From contig NC_043001.1 in NCBI RefSeq assembly GCF_006345805.1, forward strand, positions 92,194,001 to 92,258,000: a stretch of DNA of 64,000 bases. Direction: 5' to 3'. Every line of letters starts with the position of its first letter. Position 1 is the stretch's first letter. Source of the stretch: Octopus sinensis. Lineage: Eukaryota. The position numbers were made by a program, and so were the translations under genes. The notes beneath the pieces are model-generated. The model worked only from the letters and a program-made list of their open reading frames with translations, was not told where the DNA came from and made no database searches. Shown here one piece after another: positions 24,801 to 38,957 of this stretch.

Positions 24801-26573
24801 GTAGTTGGTTACCTGTATGCTCGGCATTGAGCACCCTGGGTGGAGGGGAAACAAAAACACTTTGCATAAATTTTGTGGACGTTTAGATCTTCACGTATCA
24901 TTCGGTGTACAGTTGTCACCCCATATACAATCTCTACGCTTATTATCTTTAGAGAGACACATCGACGGTCTTCATCCAGAAAATTGTCAATTTTCTCAAC
25001 CAGCTCGGCGGAATTTGAACTCAGAACGCAGCAGCAGACGAAGTACTGCTAAGCTTTTCGCCCGGTGTGCTAACGTTTCTGCCTGTTCGCTGCCTTTACA
25101 GGCATGGGAGAATGAGATGTGTGTTTGCTATGCACATAGTACATTCTGCATATTCATAATTTTGTTGACAATGATTTCAAAATTTCCCTAGTAGTGGCTT
25201 ATTCAAACTATTTGAATAAGTCATATAAGGCAAAATCTCGAAATCAATGTCAGTAAAACTGTGATATAAACAAAGCTACGCATACCACGCATCCTTTAGT
25301 TAGCCAATGTTCATCGACTTATGCATAAAAAAATATCTTGAAATATGTGTGCATGTGTATGTGTGTGTATAATAGCTGGTGTACTGATGACGCGTATTGA
25401 AGTAGAAACACATATTCACAGCTGTTCGTTTATCTCCGGATAAGAAGAGACTGTATTTTATTGAACTGCATGTTAAGTCCGGAGGATTTTGGCTTCTTAG
25501 TATTAACTAGCTCAAACGCTATGCATTACAAAACAAGGTGTAAGATTCGGCGAGCCAAGTTTAGAAAATGGTTTCCGTTCCTGGTTGACACCATATTATT
25601 TCAAATTCACTTCTCTAAACTTAAGAACAATATCAACATTCTACAATCTCTTTTCACTTGGATTCGCGCATTCTTTCTTTTTTTTAACTGATTAGATCGT
25701 AGAGCAGGACACCACTAAAGAAAACTTGAGATTTAAATAATAATTATATGCATAGAGATAAACTTCTAGATATACTGGAAACAACATTATGCATGACAGA
25801 GTGCGATCTCAATGTTTCATATGTTACACACTCAATCATCAGTAGAGAAAGAGGTCTTATGGTCACACATATATGAATTAATGTAAGATGATGTCATTCT
25901 TTGGTATTCTAAACGAAACGTAGCGGAATTAAATACATGTTTATACCCAATATTTCTTTATGAATAGCCGTATATAGATTAACTTTATAGAGTGCTCTAC
26001 TTTGTAAAGGGGATATTAAATATAGCATTAGATTCGTTATTAGTAACGAAAGAAGTATTAGTTCAAAATATCCTTTATATTTTGTACGGTAGAAAGTCAG
26101 AAAACTGCGTTATTTGTTACTAGAAAGTATCCCTTTTATAGACGTTTAGAGCCAAAAAGTAGAGGAATGTATCTGGCTTTCTACAATATATCCATGTTAA
26201 GTAAGATATACGGAATGCTATTTTGAACTAATACTGTTTTAATCGCTAAGAACAAATTTTTACTCAGCCTGCCTCCTATTTGCAACTCTAGTGATTTGTT
26301 AATCAGTTTTCCTTATATCAGGCGATATGTCTAATCATGCGCTTGCTAGTGAATATTTGCCACTGAATACACTCATTTAGCTTGACACATTTCTTCAGAT
26401 ACTGATAAACTCTGTCACTTTTAACACCATACGTCTAGAAAAATTACTTTCTCGAAATGACTACCGCAGTTTTCTGGCGTTCTCCATTTTCAGTTAAAGA
26501 CATATATAATGTTATTTAATCAAGACTTGAAATATATGCGGTTCTATATTTTATTGATATACTAGCAATGCAT

Positions 26574-26730
<157 letters not shown>

Positions 26731-26739
26731 TGCAGTATC

Positions 26740-27373
26740 AATGCCCTGATGCAGTACCATATGCCCTGATGCAGTACCAATGCCCTGATGCAGTACCAAT
26801 GCCCTGATGCAGTACCAATGCCCTGATGCAGTACCTGGCAGTGGCTCTCATGGCTTCTGATCTTAACTGATTGGAAGTGTTATCATGTACATTGTTTTGT
26901 CTTTGTATAAAAGATGGGCTACAGCTAATATTCTGCTCAATACCACAGATTTGCTTGTCAGTTGTTTGACCTTAACCAGTTGAGCATGTCCCTTAGTGGC
27001 TGACGATATGTGCATCTCTGATCACGAGCAGAAGTAGTGGGGGTGCATCATAGCCGTGTGTTGAGAGGGATTCTTTGGGGTTTGAATAATTCACCTCTGG
27101 AAACATGGGTGTTTCGTTCAACATCCTTAAACAACCCTTATTCAGGGACCTTTCGAGTGGGATGGGTTACTCGACCTGAAGAAAATTCTAACTGGGCCCC
27201 ACCTGCAAGATCATGTGCTGTTTATCTTGATATGAGATCACCATGTCGCGCACACATGGTTGTGATGCATGTGCCTAGTGTACCCTTATCAGACGAGTAG
27301 TATTGATGGGTATACTGGGCTTCGTATATTTTACCCTAGTGTCACTTTGATGGCATGCACTGCTCTCTCACTC
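26740..27373 (+). mobile_element. Approx. 630-bp non-coding interspersed element flanked on both sides by (AAT)n, copy 1
   Basis: Closely similar to 33965-34467. Same 3' end CTCTCTCACTC-(AAT)n. Five tandem 19-mers at the left end. Confidence 0.8.
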
Positions 27374-27433
<60 letters not shown>

Positions 27434-27499
27434 TATAATAACAACAACAACATCGAAAAATACCTTAGGGATGAAAACCCAGGTTCGAAATTTCCCCAA

Positions 27500-27545
27500 G
27501 ACACCTGACGAAGACTGCAGGGACTATCAGCTGAAACGTTGTATT
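27500..27545 (+). ncRNA. Minimal hammerhead motif in a short PLE-type terminal-repeat fragment (about 27450-27600)
   Basis: GACAC-CTGACGA-AGaCTG..CAGCT-GAAAC-GTT|GTATT. Palindromic AACGTT stem III, one mismatch in stem I. Confidence 0.6.
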
Positions 27546-28182
27546 AACAACAAACAAGATGAGGACAAATATCCGTCAAATGTGAATAATGTAAATAAAG
27601 CACTTTGTAATTTTGGTTCACTTTGAAAGTGTGAAACAATTTTCACTTCCAAATGAAACCTGGTCGTTGTAGGGCAGTGTCTTTCAAATAACTATAGCTG
27701 GTTGTTGAGATGATGTAGAAAATATGTATATGAAAATAAAGTTCATTAGCTAGCAGAAATATTACTGAATCTTTTGATACCCCAAACGTCAAAATCGGCA
27801 ACTCAGTTTTCCGATGCATAAGGAACATACGCACACGCTGGCGGGCGTACACACGCCGGCGGGCGTACACACGCACACATACATACACTCACACAAACAC
27901 ACACAAACACACAAACTCTCATTTATATATATAGATGAAGGTAAATGTCAACATAGTGCTGAGTATGTTGTAATAGAGCGTAATGAAGTACATCACTTTT
28001 AATGTTAATTCATTTAGCTTTATTCTCTGAGAGATGTTGTATGCATGTATGACTGGACTACGCATTATTTTTAGTCGTTCCGCTTGTACTGATGGTTTTT
28101 TTGTTTTATGGAAAGCACATAAGATCGTGCTTAATTTTGCTTGTATTTCCATGGTTATAAGACCCCTCCTTCTCCTCTGATT

Positions 28183-28256
<74 letters not shown>

Positions 28257-28475
28257 ATCTATCTATCAATCTGTCTATCTATCTATCTATCTGTCTATCT
28301 ATCTATTTATCTATCCATCTATCTATCTGGCTGTGTGTCAGTTTATCTCCGCCTGTCTGTCTGTCTCTCTATATATGCTTATATATATATAAAGAGAGAG
28401 AGGGGGGAGAAAGAAAGAAAGAAAGAGAGACAGATAGACAGAGACATATATATGTGTATATGTAGAGAGGTAGAT

Positions 28476-28543
<68 letters not shown>

Positions 28544-28643
28544 TATCGTGTGCGTGTGCATTTCTAGGGACGGGAAAGTCAGGAGTAAAGAGAAGTAGAG
28601 GTTTAGATGCTTATATGGTATGAATAAACTTAGACGATGAATT

Positions 28644-28680
<37 letters not shown>

Positions 28681-29351
28681 GTATGTATGTATGTGTACAT
28701 ACACACAGGCACGCGCAAACACGTTTGTAAGAAGGATTGACTGCTTAGTGCGTAATGCTTTTTTTTTTATTTCTTTTTTAGGTCAATGACGAAGTTGAGA
28801 CATATCACATCAAGAACACTGGTCCGTAAACTAAGGCCTGCAGCCAATTAGATAGGCGGTTTCTGAGTGTATTTCATAAACATATTTATCTTACAAATAC
28901 ACTCCAAACAATTCACATACATACGCACCTTCAAGCTTATACAAATGCGCACAAAATATAATTATACTCGCGTACAATTACACCAATGCACGCACACACA
29001 CTCATGCAGACATACACAAACAGACACACACTCACACAAGCACTCAAAACCATACATACACAAACATATTGATAGGTTATTTTCTCGTATATTATGTCAA
29101 CAAGGTTCCTAACCTAAGCATTCTGAAGTGTTCCCCTTAAATGGATTTACACACGAACACATGCGTACACACGCACACACACACCACACACACACACACA
29201 CACGCACACACATACATATATGGGTATATATGTGTATATAATTACATACGTAATATAATATAGTATATATATATGTATATATATTTAAATATATATATAT
29301 ATGAATATAAATATATACATATATATATATATATATGTATATATATATTAT

Positions 29352-29401
<50 letters not shown>

Positions 29402-29668
29402 ACTTTGATAGGTTTCGGCCATTATTGGCCCAGGCCATGTCTAACTTAATAGCACCACCACAATATATATATATATATATTATTCAAAGAAATATTGAAT
29501 ATAGAATATTAAGGGACTAGTATACTTTCTTGCATTAAAGCAGTCTCAAGTTCCCACGTTGTGATAGGAGTCACACATATACATACACACACATATATAT
29601 ATATAGTATATATATATATACATATATATACTATATAATATTATTTTACGTATGCAATTATACATACA

Positions 29669-29750
<82 letters not shown>

Positions 29751-29759
29751 TGTATGTAT

Positions 29760-29905
29760 GTATATTGTTGTGTTTTGGGAGAGTCATTCTGTTTTAATGC
29801 CTTATTAATTAACACGCTCACCGGTTCGATTTCCACTCATTTACTTATTTCGTATTTTAAAATTTTTGTTGCTTCTTATAACCTCTTCAATAGTTGTTGA
29901 CTTTG
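29760..29905 (+). repeat. Approx. 150-bp interspersed repeat next to TA arrays
   Basis: GGAGAGTCATTCT..TTTCCACTCATTTACTTATTT..CAACCTTTTCAATAGTCGTT motif, also at about 39990-40160 (+), 49400-49570 (+), 49870-50060 (-) and 54480-54610 (-). Confidence 0.75.
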
Positions 29906-30039
29906 TTCGTTATCGGAACTGCCTTCTTTATGTTTGTTTGTCTCTGCGCATGTGTGTGCGAAAGTGTGCATGTGTGTACGCATATATATGCATACATAAT
30001 TACGAATAAAATCAATTAAGGATAAAATCAATTAATGAT

Positions 30040-30825
30040 CTTATCAGTAGCCATCATGTAAAAGAAAAAAACCATATTAGATTTTCAGACCCCACTTCTC
30101 TGATTTTTCTATTGACGTTCTCCTTCAGTTGTATCAGGGTCTTCGGTTTGTTGATGTAAACCCTCTCTTTCAGGTGTCCATGATTGAAACCTTTTTGCGC
30201 CCGGCTATTCAAAGTAGACCTCAGACATGGTTCTAGAAAGATGAGGCAACTGCTCATACAGCAACAGAAACAATACAGTTGCTACGGCAGTGCTTTTGGG
30301 GAGAGAATAATCTCTCGCTACGGCAATGTCAACTGGCCTTCACCTTTCCCAGACTTGGGGATACCTGAAAGAGAGGGTTTATGTCAATTAACCGGAGACC
30401 CTGGTGCAGCTGAAGGAGAACATCAATAGAGAAATCGGAGAAGTAAGGTCTGAAACTGTTGAGGGTGTCATGGTGCAAGTTTATGATGCAAGAGTGTGTG
30501 TGAGTGTGTGTGTGTGTTTGTATGTATGTGTGCGTGTGTGTGCTTGTGTCTGCATGAGTGTGTGTGCATGCATTTGTGTAATTGTATGCGAGTATGACTC
30601 TTGAGCGTGTTATGGTGCAAGTATATATAAAGAGCACGGGCGTGCGAAGCCGAAAATGGCTGCCATTTAAGCGATGTCAGTTTTCATATGTAATATAGTG
30701 GTGTTGCAAAATTTGACTTGTGCATATTACTTTCGATTAGGTCCTTTATATTGTATAAAAAATTTCATGCATTTATTTGTAAAGTTAAGGTAGTTATTAA
30801 AAAATTGAACTTTTGGGACACCCTG
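30040..30825. mobile_element. Tc1/mariner-superfamily remnants (two oppositely oriented transposase segments and one TIR)
   Basis: NWPSPFPDL..WGYLKERVYVN.PETLVQLKENINREI on + and GHLKERVYINKPKTLIQLKENVNRKI on -. Right end TTTTGGGACACCCTG|TA. Confidence 0.7.
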
Positions 30826-31095
30826 TATATATATAACATACATAACAAAACAAATAGTGAGGGATTATCAATCCGGGCAAAATACTTCATTCACTCTCTG
30901 TTGGAATTATATTAGTGAAGGACACCAAGTAAGCTTTTGGCAGGTTTACAAGTTATGGTCTATCACAATTCTACATTATAAATCCGTGGATGGGTTCCAG
31001 ATAAACTGGTTTTTACAGAGTAATATATTAGAAACAAGCTAAAAATAATGGCCATTACATATATTGCCTTTATTGGAGCAAATTTCACACACACA

Positions 31096-31147
<52 letters not shown>

Positions 31148-31382
31148 TAATGTCAGTGTAATAAAGATTTAAGAAAATTTTAATAACTGTAGCCTAGCGT
31201 GTTGAAAAATTAGTCATAAATACAATGTACATTTCCCTTCGAGATTTTATCCCTAATAGTGGTTTGGACTTAAGCTGTTCCTTCTAGCGTGAAAGGAATC
31301 CTATGACGGATACCTCTTACGCGTTTTCATATATATATATTATATATATATATATATATTATATATATATATATATATATAG

Positions 31383-31435
<53 letters not shown>

Positions 31436-33379
31436 CGAGTGTGCGAATGTCTATGTCTATGATAGTATAACGCAGTATACCTGAATGGTCAAAAAGGTTG
31501 CTTCGCGACTGTAAGGTTCCGCATTTGACCCCATTGCATGTTATGACATGTTGAGCATACCTGAGTTCCTATTTGACCCAAATCTAATGTGTGAAATTGG
31601 GTAAACAGAAACTAAGAGAAAGTCCGTCTGATGGATCATATCTATAGTTCAAAAGTTCAACCTCGTCACCCAAAATGGTTCGCTGTGAGTGCTTATGCAT
31701 GGTCTATACGACTAGTAAGAAATAGCTTCTACATCTCATTCAAATGACATACTGTTGTCTTTGAAAGAGAACATGTTACTAGCTAAAATAGATCGAAATA
31801 CCATTAAAATGAATTGAATTGTGGTAGGTAAAATGTTAACAAGTTTTTTTAGATTAAGGCTGACATAAGACTACCAACAGCTTTAAAAACATTCATAAGA
31901 AATCGAATTTTGCTTATGTACAAAGTTTGAAAAATTAATATTAAGCCTTGTCTTTTATTCACTGCATAATTATTTCTAATTAGATTTCTTCTTTTTTTCC
32001 TAGCACTAACCGGTCAGTTACGTTTCATGTGAATAAAATATCTGATTAATTAATCCGTGATTTATTCTTTTATACCAGTACCTTCCTCACATACGAAATT
32101 AAAAGTTAACTAAAAACACTAACAGCAGCTTAACAAAACCCAAACCTGTGTACCTTTCCTACGAATACTTAACATATATGTCAGCTTCTGTAGATGCAGC
32201 GTGAACTATAGGTTATGAAACTGGCTCCACAACCAAGGGGTCATGAGTTCGATTCCACACAGTGGAATCTTTGTTAAATTTCATCTCCTAGATCCATAAG
32301 TCGACCCGTACCTTGTGATTGAAATTAGGTAGATACAATGAAGGTGCCTGTCGAGTGAATTGTATCTGGAATTTAAAAAGAAAAACAGTACGGCTAATCA
32401 CACACGTTGAGTCATAGTGGTTCTGCTTCAGAATTATGTTAAGGATAGGCGTGTCTATGAAATACTTAGCCTTTTACACGATAATTCAGGTGTAAGTAAT
32501 TCAGTTGATCGAACAAGTAAAACACCATCATTGAACTTCATTTAACCAATCGTTTATTTCTTCGTCAACAATTAATAATCTAAGATATAAAACTAAATGA
32601 TTACGTTTCTATAGGACACATCCCAAAGTATTTTATACCTTGTGGTTGTCTCGTTGTTTTCAGAAACCACCATTTTATCTACCAATTATAAAAGACAACT
32701 GTTCAACAACCAATAGCAGAGCCACTAAGCTAGTATCAGTTGATATTGCATTGAAATAATTTTATATACAAAAGATCACATATTTTAGGGGAGGGAAAAT
32801 TCAATATAGCTCTTTAATATTCTGAACGGCATTAGCAACGGAAATGAAATGAAGTGGCTTCAAACGGTCCGACATCTCCGCCTACGACCAGTTTATGTCA
32901 AGCTCATGGTGCTCATCATCTATTGATATTGTATATTTGCTCTGTATATTTAGACAAGATACAATAAAAGGCAAAGCCTATCACTAATCCATGTCCTTAT
33001 ATATTTATAGGTTAGGATTTAATACATAAGTTGAACTTCAAACATTCATTCATGTTTGATGATTCACACAGACCGTTTGGTGCGCGCTTCAGAGTGTTTA
33101 CTTCTCAATGAAGGAAATGGATGTGATTGGTAAAATCTCTTGGAAATCACATGGTTCCAAAGTTTGTTTCTACTATGGTCCTACCTCGAACAACATGTAT
33201 ATATATATATATATATATGGGTATGTGTGTGCGTATGTGGGGGTGCGTGTATGTGTGGGTGCATGCGGCTTCTCCCAACAATAAAGCACATCTCTAATAC
33301 TAGACTCAAGCAACTATATTTCAAGTCATAGCACCACGACATGCTAACCATCATAATCATAACAGACCATACGTGCACT

Positions 33380-33900
33380 ATACCAGAAGCCCGGGAGAAT
33401 CCAGATTAAGACAACTTAGACCCCACGCGGACACATATAACACTTGGTCAAAAGCTAAGACAGCTAACAAAAACGGACCATATAAGCCCCTCCACTCTAA
33501 TTTCTAAAAATATAGATTATCCTACCACTAAGCAACCAAAACAAAAAGCGGTGAATGCTCTATTCTATGGTATACAACTTTCTCATTGAATGTTAAGAAC
33601 TTAGCCAAATCCTTTTTCTATATGTTAGACTCCAGCTTCCCTTGTCAACATAAATATCACTATCTTTTATAGATCCACCTTAAAGCTATGTTACTCATCC
33701 CCACCCAACTTTGAGTCTATCATAAAAGCCTCTAATAAACGAAAACCTCTCAATTGTCAAAATATACACCGAAACAACTCTGAATACACGAACGCCCCAC
33801 ACATACAAAACTCCAGCATCAAATCCAATACTTTAGACCATACCGAAAACCCAACCAATCCTACTATCACTAACCAGAATATTAGTACCCTGACCTCTAC
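33380..33900 (+). mobile_element. Penelope-like RT C-terminal remnant (Naiad-like motif)
   Basis: Frameshift-joined WYTTFSLNVKNLAKSFFYMLDSSFPCQHKYH..RSTLKLCYS.PNFESIIKASNKR resembles the PLE WFNPPFSLNVKTN..HFP..HKYH..FNR.TVKLSYS motif. Confidence 0.6.
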
Positions 33901-33964
33901 CACAAATGCAGATAGGATAAATAATAACAACGATAGAAATAATAATAATAATATTAATAATAAT

Positions 33965-34467
33965 TTGGAAGTGTTATCATGTACATTGTTTTGTCTTGGT
34001 ATAAAAGATGGGCTACAGCAAATATTCTGCTCAATACCACAGATTTGCTTGTCAGTTGTTTGACCTTAACCAGTTGAGCATGTCCCTTAGTGGCTGACGA
34101 TATGTGCATCTCTGATCACGAGCAGAAGTAGTGGGGGAGCATCATGGCCATGTGTTGAGAGGGATTCTTTGGAGTTTGAATGGTTCACCTCTGGAAACAT
34201 AGGTGTTTCGTTCAACATCCTAAAGCAACCCTTATTCAGGGACCGTTTGAGCAGGATGGGCTACTCAACCTGAAGAAAATTCTAACTGGGCCCCACCTGC
34301 AAGGTCATGTGCTGTTTATCTTGATATGAGATCACCATGTCGCGCACATATGGTTGTGATGCATGTGCCTGGTGTACCTTTATCAGACGGGTAGTCATGA
34401 TGGGTATATTGGGCTTCGTATATTTTACCCCAGTGTCACTTTGATGGCATGAACTGCTCTCTCACTC
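33965..34467 (+). mobile_element. Same (AAT)n-flanked element, copy 2, left-truncated
   Basis: Aligns to about 26870-27373, with AAT repeats on both sides. Confidence 0.8.
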
Positions 34468-34526
<59 letters not shown>

Positions 34527-34536
34527 TAATAGTAAT

Positions 34537-35085
34537 AAGGAGAATCTTCCACGGTGACTCGTTTTCTCCATGACTATTTGTAATTCTGCTAATACCCATA
34601 ACAATGATAGTTAAGATGGGTTACGGATGTGGGAAGAAAGGCCCATCATTGAACCAACTGTTTATGGATGACCTGAAATTGTTTGAGAAATCTGAAAAAC
34701 AGATAAATTATTGTACCAAAACAGTCCAGGAATGTGGTAGGGACATCGGTATGAAATTTGGGATTTCCAAATGCTCAATACTTAATATGAAAAGAGGGAA
34801 GAAAGCATCCTGCAGAGGATTGCGGTTACCATCAGGAGAGACCAAAGGTGAACACGACGGTAGTGGATATAGATACTTAGGGATTTTGGAGATGGATGAC
34901 GTTCTACACATAGAAATGAAAGTCAAGGTCAGCGAGGCGTATCAAAAAAGGATGAAGATAGAGTTGAAATCCAACTAGAATGTCAAAAAATTGATTATCG
35001 CAATGGATCTCTAGGCAATTGCGGTGCTCAGATATAGTGCGCCTATTTTCAAATGGACTAAGGAGGAAATATCAACACTGGGTAC
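34537..35085 (+). mobile_element. R4/Dong-like non-LTR retrotransposon, RT fragment
   Basis: RRIFHGDSFSP*LFV..QLFMDDLKLF..DIGMKFGISKC..YRYLGILE motifs. Starts right after a (TAA)n array. Confidence 0.85.
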
Positions 35086-35874
35086 CTCTTGTTTCGAGCT
35101 AGTTGGGTTTCATCAGTACGACATAGTTAGGAACGTAGGGTCTATTAAGTATTGTATTAAAATAAATTGGATTATTGATTACTGGTGAGATGGCAGGGAA
35201 AATATAAGTAGTATAAAAGAGAGAGAGAGAGAGAGAGGAGAGAGAAGAAAGATAGTAACACACAGACTCATACAAACACACACACACATATATGATATAA
35301 AACAAAGCTAAAATTCTATGTATGCATATATTTTTCTAAACCAGTATTTGAAATGCGTATATACTATCGTACGAATACAGGGACACACACACAAAGCGAA
35401 GACACAGAAACATATATACGCGGGAGATGACACACATATACCCCACTACACACACACACACATACACACACACACACACACACACATACAAACACATACA
35501 TACACATACGCACACACGCACTCATACTGGTATAGGAGTCATATGAATCATATGCATTCTGGAAATGGCAACATATATCTGTAGCTGAATATCAAACCGG
35601 GAAATATTAAAGGATAAACCTAAGTGCGTCGGTCACGTTCCGTTTCACTGGGTACGTTTCTCACTCGGATGGCAGGTCTGTTTTTTATTTGTATATAGTC
35701 TATTGGATGCAACACCTTCTATTATTATACATCATGAAAACTGAGTTGTAAGAGACAAACGGATCGTTGTTAATACAAATATAAAATTGATTTCTGGCTC
35801 TTTGTCGGCAAAGGTCAAATAGCAAAATATAAAAAAAAAACACATATGAAAGGCGTTAACAAAATAAATGCAGG

Positions 35875-35915
<41 letters not shown>

Positions 35916-36059
35916 GCGCGCGCGCGCGCCTTTTCTCTTTCTCTCCCAACACGCCAACACACATACATAGATACACAGATACATACATTCATACATATAC
36001 ACACACATACAGTGATACATACTTAAATACATATATCTGTGATATATCATAAAATTCAC

Positions 36060-37010
36060 TGTGTGTGTCTGTGTGTATGTTTCCTTTATGCACGGCCGAA
36101 CCGCTGGATAAATCTGTAGCAAATTTGGCATGATGGCTTTTTTTATTACTCGGGGAAGGGACACACATTTTGGCCCTTGCCCTTATAGGGGGACTATAGC
36201 CCACTATATGATCCTTCCGATCTTTTCTTTCGGCGGTATAGTACCAAATTTGGCATGAAGGTTTTTCATTACTCGGGGAAGGTTCTAGGGTGGTGAAATT
36301 TTGGCCCTTGCCAATATAGGGGACTGTAGCCTCTCCACCTATACGACCCTTCCGATGTTTTTTCAGCGGTATAATATTGTTTCACTTTTATTGTTTCACT
36401 TTGGATGACACTATAGTATTGTTTATACTACATACATACAATTGCTTTTAAAAATAGAGATTAATGTATAATTTTTTCCATGTTCATAATTTTTTGTTTA
36501 CAAAATTGAAATATGCCACCAAAGAAAAGATGTAATCTCTCCAGAAATAGCTATAAAGCAAGGAGTATTGTAGAAAACCGAAGGTGAGAATCCCAAGAGA
36601 GAAAGGAGATGAGACTTTCCTATGATCAGCAAATGCATGCTGCAGCATGTCAAATGGAGTCTCAAGACAAGCGAGGTGACACTTTCTCAAGATCAGCAAA
36701 CGCATGTTGTAGAAAGTCAGATGGAATCTCAATACAGAAGGGAGATGAGACTAAGGCGGTAAGATAAGGTTACCAACACTACCAGCACCTCCTCAACTTC
36801 TTATAGATCTTCTGGAAGGCACTTCCATCCAGTCAAAGGATTTTCTGATCAATATCAGAATGACATCGTTTGGTGCATCTAAGGAGATAGTTGAACATGG
36901 ATTTACGCCAACGTTCAAGTTTCAAGGGCAAGTCTATCACTTTATTGCTTCCCTGTTACCCGCAAATGAACAACTACACTTCCTCCAAATTTACTTCTTT
37001 AGTGATGTAA
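36060..37010 (+). mobile_element. Helitron remnant (duplicated subterminal repeat + RepHel N-terminal fragment)
   Basis: From ATG 36513, frameshift-joined VRLPTLPAPPQLLIDLL..DFLINIR..MTSFGA..GFTPTFKFQGQVYHFIASLLP..FLQIYF, typical of RepHel. Duplicated CAAATTTGGCATGA block at about 36100-36360. Confidence 0.8.
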
Positions 37011-37288
37011 GATAACAAACCCGTAGGAGGTGCTAAAACTTCAGACGATGGGTCGTGTTTGACGCAGCACCGACTGCCGCAAAAGAGAGTAAATCAACTG
37101 ACAGCTTTTCGGGGCGTTCAAAAATCGCATACCCTCCATCCGCAATTTCCATGACACGTTAGGGCCTGGAATACTTCAAAGAGAGGAATGACATTCCGCT
37201 TAGTCGAATTAGCCCTTCATGTACTCAACAAATGTTTTGTCGCCAATGCTGCACTTTCCCGTATCACCTGTTTCAATATAACTGTAAC

Positions 37289-37352
<64 letters not shown>

Positions 37353-37363
<11 letters not shown>

Positions 37364-38678
37364 ATAGTAAAAAGTGAAAAAACTACAGAAGGCTTGTTTT
37401 AAAAGATTAAAAAATATATATTTGAGTCAATATGTCTGAAGAATGTTATAAATTTTTTTCATACAATGACATAGTTTAGAAGAAATGACCAGTTTCGCGT
37501 TCAGGTTTTCAAATTTCTTAAATCGTTATGTTTACGTTGAAAGAAGATCTAGATAAGGGGAGGTAATAAGTGATTTCTTCCGGTGTAAGGGAGATAATCG
37601 CTTAAAATTATTTGCCTTTCTTTTGGATTGAGTTTCTCTGTATAAGTATGTTGGAATGGTTAAGTTTGGGCTTGTATTTTTCAAGGAAGAATGTTTCCTT
37701 GTTTAGTCTAATTTGTGTTGGTGTTCCGATAGCACATTGGTAGAATGGAAAGATTAAAAATTGTGGTAGTAGTTATTTTGCGCATTTCTCAATGTGCTCA
37801 CTAAAGGGTATCATTCTGTATTCTGGGAATGCAATCTGTTGTCGATGCAGTGTGCATCTACGTCTGAGTGATAGTCCCGTGGACTCCACGTAGTCATGGT
37901 GGCAGCCCGATCATTTTATGACATAAATTATGTTCTCAGAGGCACAAGTAAAATTAGATTTGATCTTGAATTTCTGTCCCTCTTTGAAGAGGAATTCTGA
38001 TCCTTCTAGCAGGTTTGGACATGTTGCACAGTTCGGTCTACCACATTTTTTTACTTTTCCATCCATAATTTCAGAAAACAATTTTGCCTTTGTGAGAATC
38101 TTTTAAAGTGATTTAGGTTGTTTGTAGCTTTTAATGATTTGGTGTATGTTTAGAATTTCCTTTAATTTGGGGTCCTTATGAAGTATTGGTAAATTCTGGG
38201 TGATGATGGTGAAGGCTTCTTTGTTTCTGAGGTTGTATGTAGATATGTAAGGTAGTATTTTCGGGGAAGGTGTGTTGTTGTGTTGAACTTTTCTTAAAGT
38301 TTCTATGTTGATTTCTGTTGCACGTCTGATCCCATCCTCTATGAGTTGAGCTGGGTAATGTCTGTCAATTAGGGTGTTTTTGAGTTCTTGCAGTCTAAAG
38401 TTCCTGGTATTTTGTTCTGACACTATTGTGCATATCCTTCTTGCAAGGTTGAAGGGGATGTTTGTTTTAGTGTGTCTTGGGTGGCATGAATCAAAAAGAA
38501 GGTATTGTTTGGCGTCTGTGGCTTTGTAAAAAATGTCTGTGGTCATTTCTTCTAAACTATGTCATTGTATTAAAAAAATTCATAACATTCTTCAGACATA
38601 TTGACTCAAATATATATTTTTTAACCTTTTAAAACAAGCCTTCTGTAGTTTTTTCACTTTTTACTATTTTCTATATAT
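37353..38678 (-). mobile_element. 5'-truncated Penelope-like element (RT C-terminus + GIY-YIG endonuclease) with a 139-bp inverted terminal duplication
   Basis: ORF 38103-38546 (TDIFYKATDAKQYLLFDSCHPRHTKTNIPFNLARRICTIVS) continues into CGRPNCATC and NIIYVIK*SGC..YVEST..LRRRCTLH..EKYKPKLN. 37353-37491 is the reverse complement of 38540-38678. Contains stops. Confidence 0.9.
37480..37519 (-). ncRNA. Degenerate hammerhead at the 3' end of the Penelope-like element
   Basis: Minus strand AAGAAAT-TTGAAAA-cctgaacgc-GAAAC-TG-GTC|ATTTCTT. Perfect 7-bp stem I, core differs at two positions from CTGAAGA. Confidence 0.5.
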
Positions 38679-38710
38679 TCAACCATGTGCTTTCACAAAC
38701 CAACATTCTC

Positions 38711-38752
<42 letters not shown>

Positions 38753-38753
38753 A

Positions 38754-38786
<33 letters not shown>

Positions 38787-38919
38787 CACTCACACACTCA
38801 TTCTGTTATATACACACACAAACATCGACATATATATATATATACAATTAGTCGCATGCAAATGATTTCTATATTTGTGCATGTAAGCATGGGTGCATAT
38901 ATGTATGTATGTTTGTATG

Positions 38920-38956
<37 letters not shown>

Positions 38957-38957
38957 G

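Noticed and set aside
26840-27373. HDV-like ribozyme in the AAT-flanked element or the GAA-tailed element
   Set aside because: I could not build the nested double pseudoknot by eye. An RNArobo or Infernal search would be decisive.
37911-37913. In-frame TGA at a conserved Cys (K-*-S-G-C) of the PLE endonuclease as possible selenocysteine, as reported for Naiad PLEs
   Set aside because: The copy has other stops and substitutions, no SECIS was identified, and one point mutation explains it. It would be revived if the family consensus keeps TGA.
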